A DNA stretch of 64,000 bases from Patescibacteria group bacterium (GCA_022705905.1 JAKJDO010000004.1:374-64373); one strand, 5' to 3'. Numbered from the stretch's first letter, positions 1 through 8,845 are shown. The notes: a model not told the origin generated them from the letters alone. Numbers and translations: made by a program.

Positions 1-921
1 GGCACAATTTTCTTTTTTGCCACCTTTACTCTTAATTCATTTTTAACCGCTCAGGGCAATACCGTAATATTTCGCAATTTATTAATTATTGGTTTTTTAC
101 TGAACATGATTTTAGATCCAGCTTTTATGTTCGGTTGGTGGGTGTTGCCGGAAATGGGTGTTGCCGGAGTAGCCTGGGCGACTGTTTTGATTCAATTTTT
201 GAGCGCTTTATTTTTAACCTATTACGTCGGACGCACCGGAATTTTTGCCCGTGAATGCTGGCATATGTTTAAACCGAATAAAGAGTGTTTTCTTCAGATT
301 GTTCGACAAGGTCTGCCGGGGAGTTTAAATATGATGATGACGGCTTTGGGGGTTTTTGTGATTACTTATTTTGTTACTCCTTTCGGTAAGGAAGCGGTAG
401 GAGCTTTTGGGATTGCCACGCGGATTGATCAAATAGCCATAATGCCGACTATTGGCTTAAACGTCGCTGTTTTAACTTTGGTCGGACAAAATAATGGCGC
501 TGGAAAATTAGATAGAGCTTTAGAAACAATCAAGGCATCTTTGCGTTATGGTTTGATCATCACATTTTTTAGCGGTTTATTGGTTTTTATTTTTGCTAAA
601 AAGTTAATGGCTATTTTTTCTAACGATACTAATGTTATAGATATGGGAATCACATATTTGCACATTTCTGTTTTTGTTTATTGGGCTTATGTAATTTTAT
701 TTATAATTGTGGCTTCGCTCCAAGGTTTTAAAAAGCCACAGTTTGCCGTTTGGATCGGTTTATACCGTCAAGTATTGGCTCCCTTAATTATTTTTACCGC
801 TTTTGTTAACTATCTAAACTTCGGCATAAACGGCATTTGGTGGGGGGTCCTATTAATAACTTGGTCAGCCGCATTTATCAGCTTAATTTATATTAAATTT
901 ACTATCCAAAAAAGGATGTGA
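1..921 (+). CDS. MATE-family efflux transporter, C-terminal portion (5' end lies upstream of the window)
   Basis: The frame of ORF 106..921 stays open back to nt 1 (GTIFFFATFTLNSF...). Polytopic all-helical membrane protein with a MATE-like helix pattern. Confidence 0.65.
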   Translation, partial: GTIFFFATFTLNSFLTAQGNTVIFRNLLIIGFLLNMILDPAFMFGWWVLPEMGVAGVAWATVLIQFLSALFLTYYVGRTGIFARECWHMFKPNKECFLQIVRQGLPGSLNMMMTALGVFVITYFVTPFGKEAVGAFGIATRIDQIAIMPTIGLNVAVLTLVGQNNGAGKLDRALETIKASLRYGLIITFFSGLLVFIFAKKLMAIFSNDTNVIDMGITYLHISVFVYWAYVILFIIVASLQGFKKPQFAVWIGLYRQVLAPLIIFTAFVNYLNFGINGIWWGVLLITWSAAFISLIYIKFTIQKRM

Positions 922-941
922 TTTAAAACAATCTTTAAAAA

Positions 942-950
942 TGTTATAAT
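942..950 (+). promoter_or_regulatory. Extended -10 promoter element TGTTATAAT
   Basis: TGnTATAAT match. The same ATGTTATAAT 10-mer recurs at 29671 and 50702 upstream of other transcription units. Confidence 0.4.
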
Positions 951-1062
951 ATTATAAATAATAAATTGATATATGTATAAGAAAAAGAGGGTAGCCAAGA
1001 AGAAGCATAATAAAAAACAGGGCAAAAAAATTGCTTCTTTGCGTTGGCGCTAAGATAATTTT

Positions 1063-2190
1063 ATGGAAAAAAAAGTTATTATTACATTATTGGGCGCGGT
1101 GGTTGTAATTTTAGCAGTTGTTGCCAGTTTTAGATTTTTTTACGGTGAAAACAAATGGGTTTGCGAAAACAACCAATGGGTAAAGCGCGGCAATCCCATT
1201 GCGGCTATGCCAAATGCCGGCTGCGGAGTTAGTTTAATCGGCGGGCAAAAAGACGAACACGGCTGTTTGACCGCCGCTGGTTTTAGTTGGTGTCCTTCTA
1301 CGCAAAGGTGCCAGAAAATGTGGGAAGAGTTTTGCGAGGAATATAAAGAACAATATCGCGGAACAAGCGCGTCTATAACTAATTTTGCTGAATGCGCGGC
1401 TGTCGGCAACCCGGTGAGAGAAAGTTATCCGCGCCAATGTTCAGTCAATGGCCAGATTTTTGTGGAAGAAATCGGTACTAATGCCGATATAAATTTAAAG
1501 ACACCATTGCTGAACGAAGTAATAACAAGTCCCTTGACTATTGCTGGCGAGGCAAAGGGCAGTTGGTTTTTTGAAGCCCAGTTTCCGATAAAATTGGAAG
1601 ACGAAGAGGGTAATGTTTTAGCGCAAACAATTGCTACCGCCCAAGCCGATTGGATGACTGAAAATATGGTGCCATTTGCAGCTAACTTAACTTTTAATCC
1701 AGTTGATAGAGAAAAAGGCTTTTTGATTTTAGAAAAAGATAATCCTTCCGGTTTGGCGGAAAATGCCGACAGTTTTAGAATCCCCGTATTATTTAAAGGT
1801 GAAAGCATAACGATTAAAGTGTTTTTTAACAATGATCGCCTAGATCCGGAAATTTCTTGCGATAAAGTTTTTTCGGTAGAAAGAACTATAACCAAAACGG
1901 ACGCTATTGGTCGAGCAGCTCTAGAACAGCTTTTAGCCGGACCAACCGAGGTTGAAGAAGTTAATGCTTATTCTACCGCTATTAACCCAGGAGTAAAAAT
2001 TAACAGCTTGCGAATTGATAACGGCACGGCTAAGGTTGATTTTAGTTCGGAGATAGAAAAAGGAGTCGGCGGCTCTTGCAAGGTTTCTGCTATCAGGGCG
2101 CAAATCTCGGAAACTTTGAAGCAATTCCCAACTGTAAAAGATGTGGTAATTTCTGTAGAAGGCCGGATTGACGATGTCCTACAGCCATAA
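1063..2190 (+). CDS. Membrane-anchored Gmad2 Ig-like / GerMN domain protein
   Basis: N-terminal TM segment. C-terminal GerMN-like block (GRAALEQLLAGPTE...INSLRIDNGTAKVDFSSEI...TLKQFPTVKDVVISVEG), preceded by a Gmad2-like beta domain. Confidence 0.65.
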   Translation: MEKKVIITLLGAVVVILAVVASFRFFYGENKWVCENNQWVKRGNPIAAMPNAGCGVSLIGGQKDEHGCLTAAGFSWCPSTQRCQKMWEEFCEEYKEQYRGTSASITNFAECAAVGNPVRESYPRQCSVNGQIFVEEIGTNADINLKTPLLNEVITSPLTIAGEAKGSWFFEAQFPIKLEDEEGNVLAQTIATAQADWMTENMVPFAANLTFNPVDREKGFLILEKDNPSGLAENADSFRIPVLFKGESITIKVFFNNDRLDPEISCDKVFSVERTITKTDAIGRAALEQLLAGPTEVEEVNAYSTAINPGVKINSLRIDNGTAKVDFSSEIEKGVGGSCKVSAIRAQISETLKQFPTVKDVVISVEGRIDDVLQP

Positions 2191-2236
2191 ATTCCCTTGC
2201 AACTTTTTTTAGAAAAATTTGCATAAAAAGCGCTCG

Positions 2237-2335
2237 CGGTGAAAAATTTCGGATCATTCGCCGTGAAAACTAGCAAAATCCCAAACTCCCCCGCCAAAGC
2301 GGGATCAGACAATGGAATTTTGCACGGTTTTCACG
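2237..2335. repeat. Intergenic repeat element with three CGTGAAAA copies and a central hairpin
   Basis: cggtgaaaa at 2237, ccgtgaaaa at 2261, and an inverted ttttcacg at 2328. Central hairpin CCCGCcaaaGCGGG at 2290-2303. Explains the spurious antisense ORF 1968..2312. Confidence 0.45.
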
Positions 2336-2373
2336 CCCATAATTTCTCCAAAATTTTTCAAGGCTCGCATTAA

Positions 2374-2850
2374 ATGTTTATGAAAAAATTTATCACGCTC
2401 TTTGTTTCTGTAGCCGTTTGCCAGTTAGCCGGTATCGTTGGTTCTTTGTTTACAGCACCGGCGATACCGACTTGGTACGCTGCCTTGAAGAAACCATCAT
2501 TTAATCCACCAAGCTGGTTATTCGGTCCTGTTTGGATAACTCTCTATACGATGATGGGCGTTTCTCTTTATTTAATCTGGCAAAAAAGGGGAGAAATAAA
2601 ATTGGCTTGGCCGGCGATTATTTTCTTTTTAATACATCTAGCTGTCAACGCTTCGTGGTCTATAATATTTTTTGGTCAAAAGAATATAATCGGCGCTTTG
2701 ATATTGATCGTTGCGCTTTGGTTTATGATTGTTGCTTCTATTTTTTTGTTTTATAAAATTAACAAGACAGCCGCTTACCTATTAGTTCCTTATTTGTTGT
2801 GGGTAAGCTTTGCTTCGATTTTAAATTATAGCCTTTGGCGTCTAAATTAA
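2374..2850 (+). CDS. tspO: TspO/MBR family tryptophan-rich sensory protein
   Basis: Five-TM 158-aa protein with TspO hallmarks (WYAALKKPSFNPPSWLFGPVWITLY..., Trp-rich). Confidence 0.85.
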   Translation: MFMKKFITLFVSVAVCQLAGIVGSLFTAPAIPTWYAALKKPSFNPPSWLFGPVWITLYTMMGVSLYLIWQKRGEIKLAWPAIIFFLIHLAVNASWSIIFFGQKNIIGALILIVALWFMIVASIFLFYKINKTAAYLLVPYLLWVSFASILNYSLWRLN

Positions 2851-2854
2851 AATT

Positions 2855-3901
2855 ATGGTTCAAAAAAAATATCGACAATCATTTTATTTAACCGCCCTTT
2901 TTTTACTGGTTTTGTTTCTTTTTTCAGGCTGCAATAGCCGTGAAGAGAAGTTTATTCCTGGCGATATAAAGGATGATTTTTGCGGAGCTTTTATTAATTT
3001 CCAATATTGTAAGTGCGCTTTTCATAATGAGTTTTGTGATGCAATTGGTCTAAAAAGATCGGAGGCTAAAAAGTATGTAGATGAACAATATAAAAAATGG
3101 GTAGAAAATGAAAGAGGAGAATTTGAAAAAAGTTGTTTTGATCAAGGCGGTTGGTTTGAAAGCAATAAATGCAAATATTGTGAGCAGGGTTATATTATGA
3201 AGGAGGGTAATTGCGAACAGCAGGAAGTTTCCGATGAAGAAGCGCAATCGGGAGAAGGAGCCGAGGCGTCAGTTTGCAAATATGACAGTGACTGCGCGCC
3301 TGTTTGCGAAGGCAGTGTTGCCTGGAAAAGGGGCTGTAATCCGCGAGAGAACGTTTGTGAAAAAACTTTTGAGACTGATTGCTCGGTTGATGTTGAAAAT
3401 TTTGGCGGCGTGAGTGTATCTAAAACTTGCGTCGACGGCCAGTGCGCCAGAGACGAGAGCGCTCTTGCTAATAAAAAAATAGATTTAGAGAATGAACAGA
3501 AAAAAATTTCCGATGAAGTCAAAGAAATAAACAAAGGGCGTGACGATATTCGCGACGCTATGATGGTAGCCAACAAAAACTGTATCAATGGAATTGCCGA
3601 TATGACCAACGTCGCCATTGTAGAATTTGCCACTCGGGTAGCTTCAATTATGGCCGGCGGCCTGCCGAAGATAGCTGACGTGTCTGTTGATTATGCCGGC
3701 GAGGCGTTAAATAGGCTTTATAATTATCAAAGCGGAGAACCGACAGAAAAAGACAAGAAGTTAAAGCCAGAAGAATATATAAAGTTAAATTGCGATCTAT
3801 ATAATTATTTTAAGAATGTTTTAGCCGCTAGCGATAAAGAACTGGATGACAGAATTAATTCGGCAAAGGCTATAGAAGAACAATTAAAGTTACTGCCTTA
3901 A
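2855..3901 (+). CDS. Cys-rich putative lipoprotein with C-terminal coiled coil, unknown function
   Basis: Signal peptide ending LFSGC (lipobox-like), many paired Cys, Lys/Glu-rich heptad region. No family recognised. Confidence 0.55.
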   Translation: MVQKKYRQSFYLTALFLLVLFLFSGCNSREEKFIPGDIKDDFCGAFINFQYCKCAFHNEFCDAIGLKRSEAKKYVDEQYKKWVENERGEFEKSCFDQGGWFESNKCKYCEQGYIMKEGNCEQQEVSDEEAQSGEGAEASVCKYDSDCAPVCEGSVAWKRGCNPRENVCEKTFETDCSVDVENFGGVSVSKTCVDGQCARDESALANKKIDLENEQKKISDEVKEINKGRDDIRDAMMVANKNCINGIADMTNVAIVEFATRVASIMAGGLPKIADVSVDYAGEALNRLYNYQSGEPTEKDKKLKPEEYIKLNCDLYNYFKNVLAASDKELDDRINSAKAIEEQLKLLP

Positions 3902-3924
3902 GTCGCATCAATTTATAAAACAAA

Positions 3925-3952
3925 AGAAGCCCCGTTTTGGGACTTCTTTTTT
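3925..3952 (+). terminator. Rho-independent terminator between convergent genes
   Basis: AGAAGCCCC-gtttt-GGGACTTCT hairpin followed by a T run. Confidence 0.7.
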
Positions 3953-3996
3953 CTTCGTCTATAGAAATATATTAAGCGAATAATATTTTCTTTTGA

Positions 3997-4170
3997 CTAA
4001 AAGCGCCTAGCAGGACGTCTGTCATTGCGCATTGCTCGATGGCAATCACGGCAATAAATCGGCCTGTCGCCATCTGGTTCAAAAGGTAATTCGGTGATAC
4101 TTGCACCGCATTTGGAGCAAGTCCATTCACCTTTTACCATTTGGCGTGGGCTAAAATCTTGGTTACCCAT
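3997..4170 (-). CDS. Small zinc-ribbon protein (CxxC-x17-CxxC), 57 aa, absent from the ORF track
   Basis: Hand translation gives MGNQDFSPRQMVKGEWTCSKCGASITELPFEPDGDRPIYCRDCHRAMRNDRRPARRF*. Intact ATG..TAG, length divisible by 3. Confidence 0.6.
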   Translation of the reverse strand: MGNQDFSPRQMVKGEWTCSKCGASITELPFEPDGDRPIYCRDCHRAMRNDRRPARRF

Positions 4171-4376
4171 TTTTTTGATTTTTGGCGTTTTATTTATCTA
4201 TTTTGTTTGGCGAACCGATTTTTAAAAGGCGCGCTAGTCAACAACGTTAAATAAAACGTTTTATGAATTATGAGCTAAGTATAGCATTTAATCTAAAATT
4301 AGTCAATATCTAGCACAAATTGATAATTTTTTGATAAAGGCGTAAGATAAGAATAGAAAAATAAGCTATAAAATTT

Positions 4377-4658
4377 ATGAAAAAAATAATTTTAACTCAA
4401 TTTTTTGTTTTATTGATCGGCACGGTTTTTGCTTGGTCAAATTTCACTCTAGAATTGTTCAATTGGCTGAACAATAAAGCTTGCACGACTGGGTGTTCTA
4501 TTTCTGGAGCTGGTAATGTCGCCAATCCATTTTTAACCCCCTGTTTTTACGGAGCTGTTTTTTTTGTCCTGGCTTTTGCGTTGAGTCTAGCGATGGTTTT
4601 AATAAATAAGACAAAAATAAAGGCAGAAGAAAAAAAAGTTGAGACAGATATTAAGTAG
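4377..4658 (+). CDS. Small two-TM membrane protein, unknown function
   Basis: 93-aa ORF with two hydrophobic segments and a Lys/Glu tail, followed directly by a terminator hairpin. Confidence 0.5.
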   Translation: MKKIILTQFFVLLIGTVFAWSNFTLELFNWLNNKACTTGCSISGAGNVANPFLTPCFYGAVFFVLAFALSLAMVLINKTKIKAEEKKVETDIK

Positions 4659-4671
4659 TTTTTTAAAAGAC

Positions 4672-4705
4672 AAAATAAAACATCCCGCGAGTACGGGATG
4701 TTTTG
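4672..4705 (+). terminator. Rho-independent terminator (bidirectional shape)
   Basis: CATCCCG-cgagta-CGGGATG hairpin flanked by an A run and a T run. Confidence 0.75.
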
Positions 4706-4742
4706 TATATCCAAAATTAAATAATGTTTTTTCTAGTTCCAG

Positions 4743-5134
4743 TAAAAAAGGTGATGGTTTTTAAAACCTTCACCTTTTGCGCTCTATAACTATGACGTGC
4801 TAGTTATCGTCAAATCCAGTCCATGATTGAAAATCGTTAAAATTTTAATCAGGATTTGCGTAACTAGGTCCGCCACACCTCCGGAAGTGCTAATCGAAGC
4901 ACTAGAATTATTAACAGCAGGCTAAGCGCCGATGAAATTGCTCTAATCATATATTTTTTGTTTATTTATGATTAGAAGGAAGGCAGCCTGGCCGACTACT
5001 CCAGTGCTTCGTCCCGATTTTTGGGACCCTTCCGCTGTCTGTTGGCGTTGGTCGTCAACAGGCCGAGGAAGGCATTTTTTTTAAGATCTTTTTTAGACCG
5101 CTTTTTAATTGTTTAGGAACTGTTTTGGGTAGCC
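4743..5134 (-). ncRNA. Structured transcript of unknown family (~390 nt); an alternative reading is the mRNA of a 28-codon hydrophobic sORF (4864..4950)
   Basis: Consensus promoter upstream and a hairpin plus U6 terminator at 4743-4776. GC-rich core with at least 5 local hairpins (CTGTTG/CAACAG, GTCCC/GGGAC, CTAATCATA/TATGATTAG, AGTGCT/AGCACT, AACTA/TAGTT). No ORF of 60 aa or more. Confidence 0.45.
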
Positions 5135-5138
5135 TTTT

Positions 5139-5167
5139 ATTATATATCATTTTTTAGATTTTGTCAA
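5139..5167 (-). promoter_or_regulatory. Consensus sigma70-type promoter TTGACA-17-TATAAT
   Basis: Minus strand reads TTGACAaaatctaaaaaatgataTATAAT. Points into the ORF-free structured region. Confidence 0.6.
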
Positions 5168-5357
5168 GTATTTGTACAGTTAACACCACAAAACGATGCT
5201 TGTTAAATGGATCTTTTCTCTGGCGTCATTTTTTTAATTTTTAAATAGCTTCTTTTCAAAATGCGGCTACGGGCTAATAAAAAATTTTACTATTTAGCAA
5301 AAATATAGTAAAATATAAATTGTTAAGCCTAGTATTAATTATTAGTCTTTATTTCTC

Positions 5358-6536
5358 ATGAGTTTTAAAAAAAGATTTTTTGTTATTAAATTATCCGATA
5401 AAATACTTTTGATTTTTTTTGTTTTTTCTACCGTCGCTTTATTTTTAGTAGCCACTATTTTGGGCGGTTCTTGGCAGCAGCTTTTTATTTTAATTACCAT
5501 AGTTTATGCCGCCACCTTTATTTTTACTTACGTGGTTAGCAGTAATTTTTCTAAGAGCTTAATTGACCTGGCCTTAAAAGTACAGGAAATGGGAGCGGGT
5601 AATTTATCAAAGAGATTGGTGACTAACAGGAAGGATGAGGTTGGGCAACTAATTAATTCCTTAAATGAACTAATGAGCAGGTTGCAAACGGGCGTGGCGG
5701 TTGATATTTCCAAACACCGGGAATTGTCTCGGGCTAAAACTGATTTCGTTTCTTTGGCCGCCCATCAGTTGCGCACGCCCCTGTCGATTGTTAAATGGTA
5801 TTCAGATTTTCTTTTGTCTGGGGATGCCGGTAAATTTAGCAAGGAGCAATTAAAGTATGTTGAAGAAATTTTTCGCAGCAACCAACGTTTAATTGATTTA
5901 GTTAATTCATTGCTTGATGCTTCCCGTATTGATCTTGGCACCTTTGTCATTGAACCAAAACCAACCGATGTTATTGAAAGAGCTGAAACCGCTTTATCAA
6001 AATTTTATCCCGAAATAGAAAGAAAAAAAATTAAGCTAGAAAAGCAGTATGACAAGTTTGATAAGCTTAATTTAGATCCTCGTTTGACACAAATCATTTT
6101 TGAAAATATAATTTCCAATGCGGTTGAATATACGCCAATCGGTGGCAAGATTAAATTTATTGTCAAAAAAACAGCAAAGGATGTTTTTATAAAGATATCT
6201 GATACGGGATTTGGCATTCCGCGCGAAGAACAGCCCAAGATATTTACCAAACTTTTTCGCGGCGACATAGCTAAAAAAATCCAAGAGGATGGTTCCGGGT
6301 TGGGGTTGTATGTTGTTAAGGCAATTGTTGAAAAATCTGGCGGCAGAATTTGGTTTGAATCGCCTAGTTTGGAGCTACTACTAGAAGAAAAACAGGACGC
6401 GGATAATTTGCCGTTAGACAAGAAAAACATGGGCACCACCTTTTTTATTACGATCCCTTTAAAGGGGATGATGCCGAAAGAGGGGACAAAAAAATTAGAA
6501 AATCTTAAAAATATTAAAAAATCTAAGCAAGCTTAA
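5358..6536 (+). CDS. Sensor histidine kinase (TM-HAMP-HisKA-HATPase_c)
   Basis: H-box LAAHQLRTPLS, N/G boxes (NAVEYTP, DTGFGIP, GSGLGL), N-terminal TM pair. Confidence 0.85.
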   Translation: MSFKKRFFVIKLSDKILLIFFVFSTVALFLVATILGGSWQQLFILITIVYAATFIFTYVVSSNFSKSLIDLALKVQEMGAGNLSKRLVTNRKDEVGQLINSLNELMSRLQTGVAVDISKHRELSRAKTDFVSLAAHQLRTPLSIVKWYSDFLLSGDAGKFSKEQLKYVEEIFRSNQRLIDLVNSLLDASRIDLGTFVIEPKPTDVIERAETALSKFYPEIERKKIKLEKQYDKFDKLNLDPRLTQIIFENIISNAVEYTPIGGKIKFIVKKTAKDVFIKISDTGFGIPREEQPKIFTKLFRGDIAKKIQEDGSGLGLYVVKAIVEKSGGRIWFESPSLELLLEEKQDADNLPLDKKNMGTTFFITIPLKGMMPKEGTKKLENLKNIKKSKQA

Positions 6537-6556
6537 GCTTGGTATTATTTAAATAT

Positions 6557-6949
6557 ATGAGTGAAAAAGCTAAAAAAATATTAATTGCCGAAGATGAGGA
6601 AGCAATGTTAGAAGCATTAGCCAGTAAGTTTGAAAAAAGAGGTTTTGCTGTAATTAGAGCTCATGACGGTGAGGAGGGGTATAGTTTGGCTATAAAAGAA
6701 AAGCCAGATTTATTGATTTTAGACATCTTAATGCCGAAAATGAATGGAATGGATTTGATGGAAAAAATTAGACAAGACGATCGTTGGGGCGCTGACGTGC
6801 CAATAGTTATGCTGACTAATATCAGCGATCCGGAGAATGTTTCGCGCGCAGCCATTTGCAAGGTCTATGATTTTTTAGTAAAAACCGATTGGCGCTTAGA
6901 TGATGTAGTGAAATTAGCCGAGGACAAATTAGCCTTCCCCGAAGCTTAA
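6557..6949 (+). CDS. Single-domain response regulator (receiver only)
   Basis: KILIAEDEE...LLILDILMPKMNGMD...PIVMLTN receiver motifs with no output domain. ATG at 6557 preferred over the TTG at 6539. Confidence 0.8.
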   Translation: MSEKAKKILIAEDEEAMLEALASKFEKRGFAVIRAHDGEEGYSLAIKEKPDLLILDILMPKMNGMDLMEKIRQDDRWGADVPIVMLTNISDPENVSRAAICKVYDFLVKTDWRLDDVVKLAEDKLAFPEA

Positions 6950-7118
6950 TTGATTTTTAATTTTTTAGAGCTAAAATATTAATTGAAGATAATTTTAAAT
7001 TTCTATTATGCTTGTTGATCCAGACAAAATGGGAACAACTTTTGTAAAGATATTCGCCTTAGAATTTTTTGCTATTGGCACGACCGGTTTTTTAATGTAC
7101 TATTTTTTTAAATAATTT

Positions 7119-7655
7119 ATGGAGGTGCAGAAGCTAATGGTGGGGCCTTTACGTACGAATTGCTATTTGGTTTTTTCCGGACAAGAAGCAATTGTCATTG
7201 ACCCAGGTGACGACGAAGAAATAATTTTAGCCGAGCTAGAGAAAAAGAAAGTAAAATTATCATACATCATCAACACTCATTATCATTTCGACCACACAAC
7301 TGCTAATGAAGATGTGCACCGGGCAACTGGCGCTAAAATTTTAATCCACGAAGGTGAAAAGGAATATGTCGATTTCCACGTTGATCGATGGCTGAGCGAT
7401 AATGATGAAATAGAATTTGGCAACGACAAACTTAAGGTTATTCATACCCCCGGCCATACCACTGGAGGCATTTGTTTATTAGGAGAAAATAATATTTTTA
7501 CTGGCGACACTTTGTTTAAGGGCGCTTATGGCCGCACCGATTTAGACGGTAGCTCGCCTGAAGCTATGCAGAAATCTTTAATCAGATTAAAAGAAATTAT
7601 AAAATCAGGTATGCACGTTTATCCGGGTCATGGGCATGATTATATTGCAGAATGA
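7119..7655 (+). CDS. MBL-fold metallo-hydrolase (glyoxalase II-like)
   Basis: THYHFDH metal motif plus downstream His/Asp ligands (HTPGHT, GDTLF). Start may be the ATG at 7137, which has GGAGGTG upstream. Confidence 0.8.
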   Translation: MEVQKLMVGPLRTNCYLVFSGQEAIVIDPGDDEEIILAELEKKKVKLSYIINTHYHFDHTTANEDVHRATGAKILIHEGEKEYVDFHVDRWLSDNDEIEFGNDKLKVIHTPGHTTGGICLLGENNIFTGDTLFKGAYGRTDLDGSSPEAMQKSLIRLKEIIKSGMHVYPGHGHDYIAE

Positions 7656-8419
7656 TTTTTGTGGATTTTAAAATATTTTTTTGCATTACCGCCCTGTTTA
7701 ATAATTTCTAAAAATCTACTTTTGCCAATACCGGAACTGCCAATAACGACGGCAGTTTTTTTGTCAGGCACATCTTTTAGCCGACGGTAAAATGGCAGGC
7801 GAGCAAATTTTTTGTTCAGTCTTTTTATTTTTTCTATTTCGTTTGCCAATAAAGTGGTTTTGCAATTGCCAAAGTTATCAATCCACCAAATTGTATTGGG
7901 CGCGTCGGCAATCTCTGATATTGAAAATTTTTCGGCCGGCATTTTTATTTTTTTAGCAAGCCAGAAAGCGACGCGAGGCAAAAAGTCAAAACTACGGAAT
8001 TGGGTAGCTAATATAGTATCAGCCTCATTTTTGCTAATCAGTCTTTTCTTTAAAGCTATGACTGCACATTTTTTGAGATCTAACACGTTAATATTTTTGG
8101 CAAGTTTTAATTTTTTTATTAGTGACAACGTTAAACCATCGATCGACGAGACAATTAAAATATTTTTAAATTTAAAATAGCCAAAGGGTGTGCCGTTGTG
8201 CCATTTTTTTGCCTCGCCGTGTCGGGGAGCGACATTGACTAAAATAACACCCTGAGCGTTACCGGCAGCATCTAAGACATCAATTAAATTACCAGCCGCT
8301 TCCAGATCGGAATTAACACCGATAAAATTGATCGGGCAATTGAACAAAGATGACAACCGAGTCAGTTGTCGGCCACGGGCATTGTGGTCCGCGCAATCGT
8401 TGATTACTGTGATAAACAT
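7640..8419 (-). CDS. Divergent SAM hydrolase/halogenase-like (DUF62) family protein
   Basis: Blocks resemble DUF62: VILVNVAPR, TQFRSFDFLPRVAFWLA, IWWIDNFGNCKTTL, AVVIGSSG...LEII. Start placed at M30 (8419), because the longer ORF runs through repeat hairpins. Confidence 0.5.
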   Translation of the reverse strand: MFITVINDCADHNARGRQLTRLSSLFNCPINFIGVNSDLEAAGNLIDVLDAAGNAQGVILVNVAPRHGEAKKWHNGTPFGYFKFKNILIVSSIDGLTLSLIKKLKLAKNINVLDLKKCAVIALKKRLISKNEADTILATQFRSFDFLPRVAFWLAKKIKMPAEKFSISEIADAPNTIWWIDNFGNCKTTLLANEIEKIKRLNKKFARLPFYRRLKDVPDKKTAVVIGSSGIGKSRFLEIIKQGGNAKKYFKIHKNHSAI

Positions 8420-8430
8420 ATTTTTTAGTT

Positions 8431-8516
8431 CCTCCCCTTTTTGAAAGGGGAGGACAGGAGGGGTTATTTTTTGACACAGAACCCACCCCAGCCCTCCCTT
8501 TCGCAAAGGGAGAGAG
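8431..8516. repeat. Pair of GGGAG/CTCCC hairpin repeats
   Basis: CCTCCCCTTTttgaAAGGGGAGG (8431-8453) and CTCCCTTTcgcAAAGGGAG (8494-8514). A related copy sits at 63595-63617. Confidence 0.6.
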
Positions 8517-8523
8517 TAAAAAC

Positions 8524-8554
8524 AAAAAGCCTTCCCATTCTGGGAAGGCTTTTT
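8524..8554. terminator. Bidirectional rho-independent terminator
   Basis: AGCCTTCCCAttcTGGGAAGGCT hairpin flanked by A5 and T5. Confidence 0.75.
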
Positions 8555-8671
8555 GTTGGTTTATTAGAAATTATTGTTAGATAAATTTAAAACCAGCCTT
8601 CCCGGGAAGCTTCATCATCATAGCCATCATTGTTAAGCTGGATTTTTGGAAATTAAAAACAAAAGACATAA

Positions 8672-8845
8672 TTATTTTGTCTTAGATAAAGTTTTAATGC
8701 ACTTAGTGCAAACTTTCATCTTTTTACCGTCAATTTTTTTAACCTGTAAATTGATGTATTGTCTTTGGATCGTTTTGATATTGGAATGGGAGCGGGAAAC
8801 GTCTTTCTGGGGACCGCGTCCGCAAATATCACATCTTCTTGCCAT
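8672..8845 (-). CDS. rpmB: 50S ribosomal protein L28 (57 aa, below the ORF-track cutoff)
   Basis: Hand translation gives MARRCDICGRGPQKDVSRSHSNIKTIQRQYINLQVKKIDGKKMKVCTKCIKTLSKTK*. L28 N-terminal signature with Cys pairs. Confidence 0.85.
   Translation of the reverse strand: MARRCDICGRGPQKDVSRSHSNIKTIQRQYINLQVKKIDGKKMKVCTKCIKTLSKTK

Noticed and set aside
4743-5134. Identification of the structured RNA as RNase P RNA, tmRNA or SRP RNA
   Set aside because: There is no GAGGAAAGUCC/ACAGAA..CCGGCUUA P4 pair. There is no GGUUCGA-type T arm, acceptor/CCA end or Ala-rich tag frame. There is no GGAA-tetraloop helix 8. The GAAGGAAGGCAGCC string at 4976 only superficially resembles the SRP motif and lacks the complementary strand.
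7008-7115. 35-aa hydrophobic ORF (MLVDPDKMGTTFVKIFALEFFAIGTTGFLMYYFFK) between the receiver and MBL genes
   Set aside because: It is possible as a small membrane peptide. However, it has no SD, promoter or conservation evidence, and such ORFs arise easily in T-rich DNA, so it was not promoted to a feature.
8420-8506. N-terminal 29-aa extension of ORF 7640..8506 (MRKGGLGWVLCQKITPPVLPFQKGEELKN)
   Set aside because: The extension is translated straight through two GGGAG/CTCCC hairpin repeats that also occur at 63595. The conserved protein begins at M30 (8419).
8577-8669. 30-codon minus-strand ORF directly downstream of rpmB (MSFVFNFQKSSLTMMAMMMKLPGKAGFKFI)
   Set aside because: It spans the AGCTTCCCGGGAAGCT hairpin and T-rich tract that look like the rpmB terminator. 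It has no independent support.
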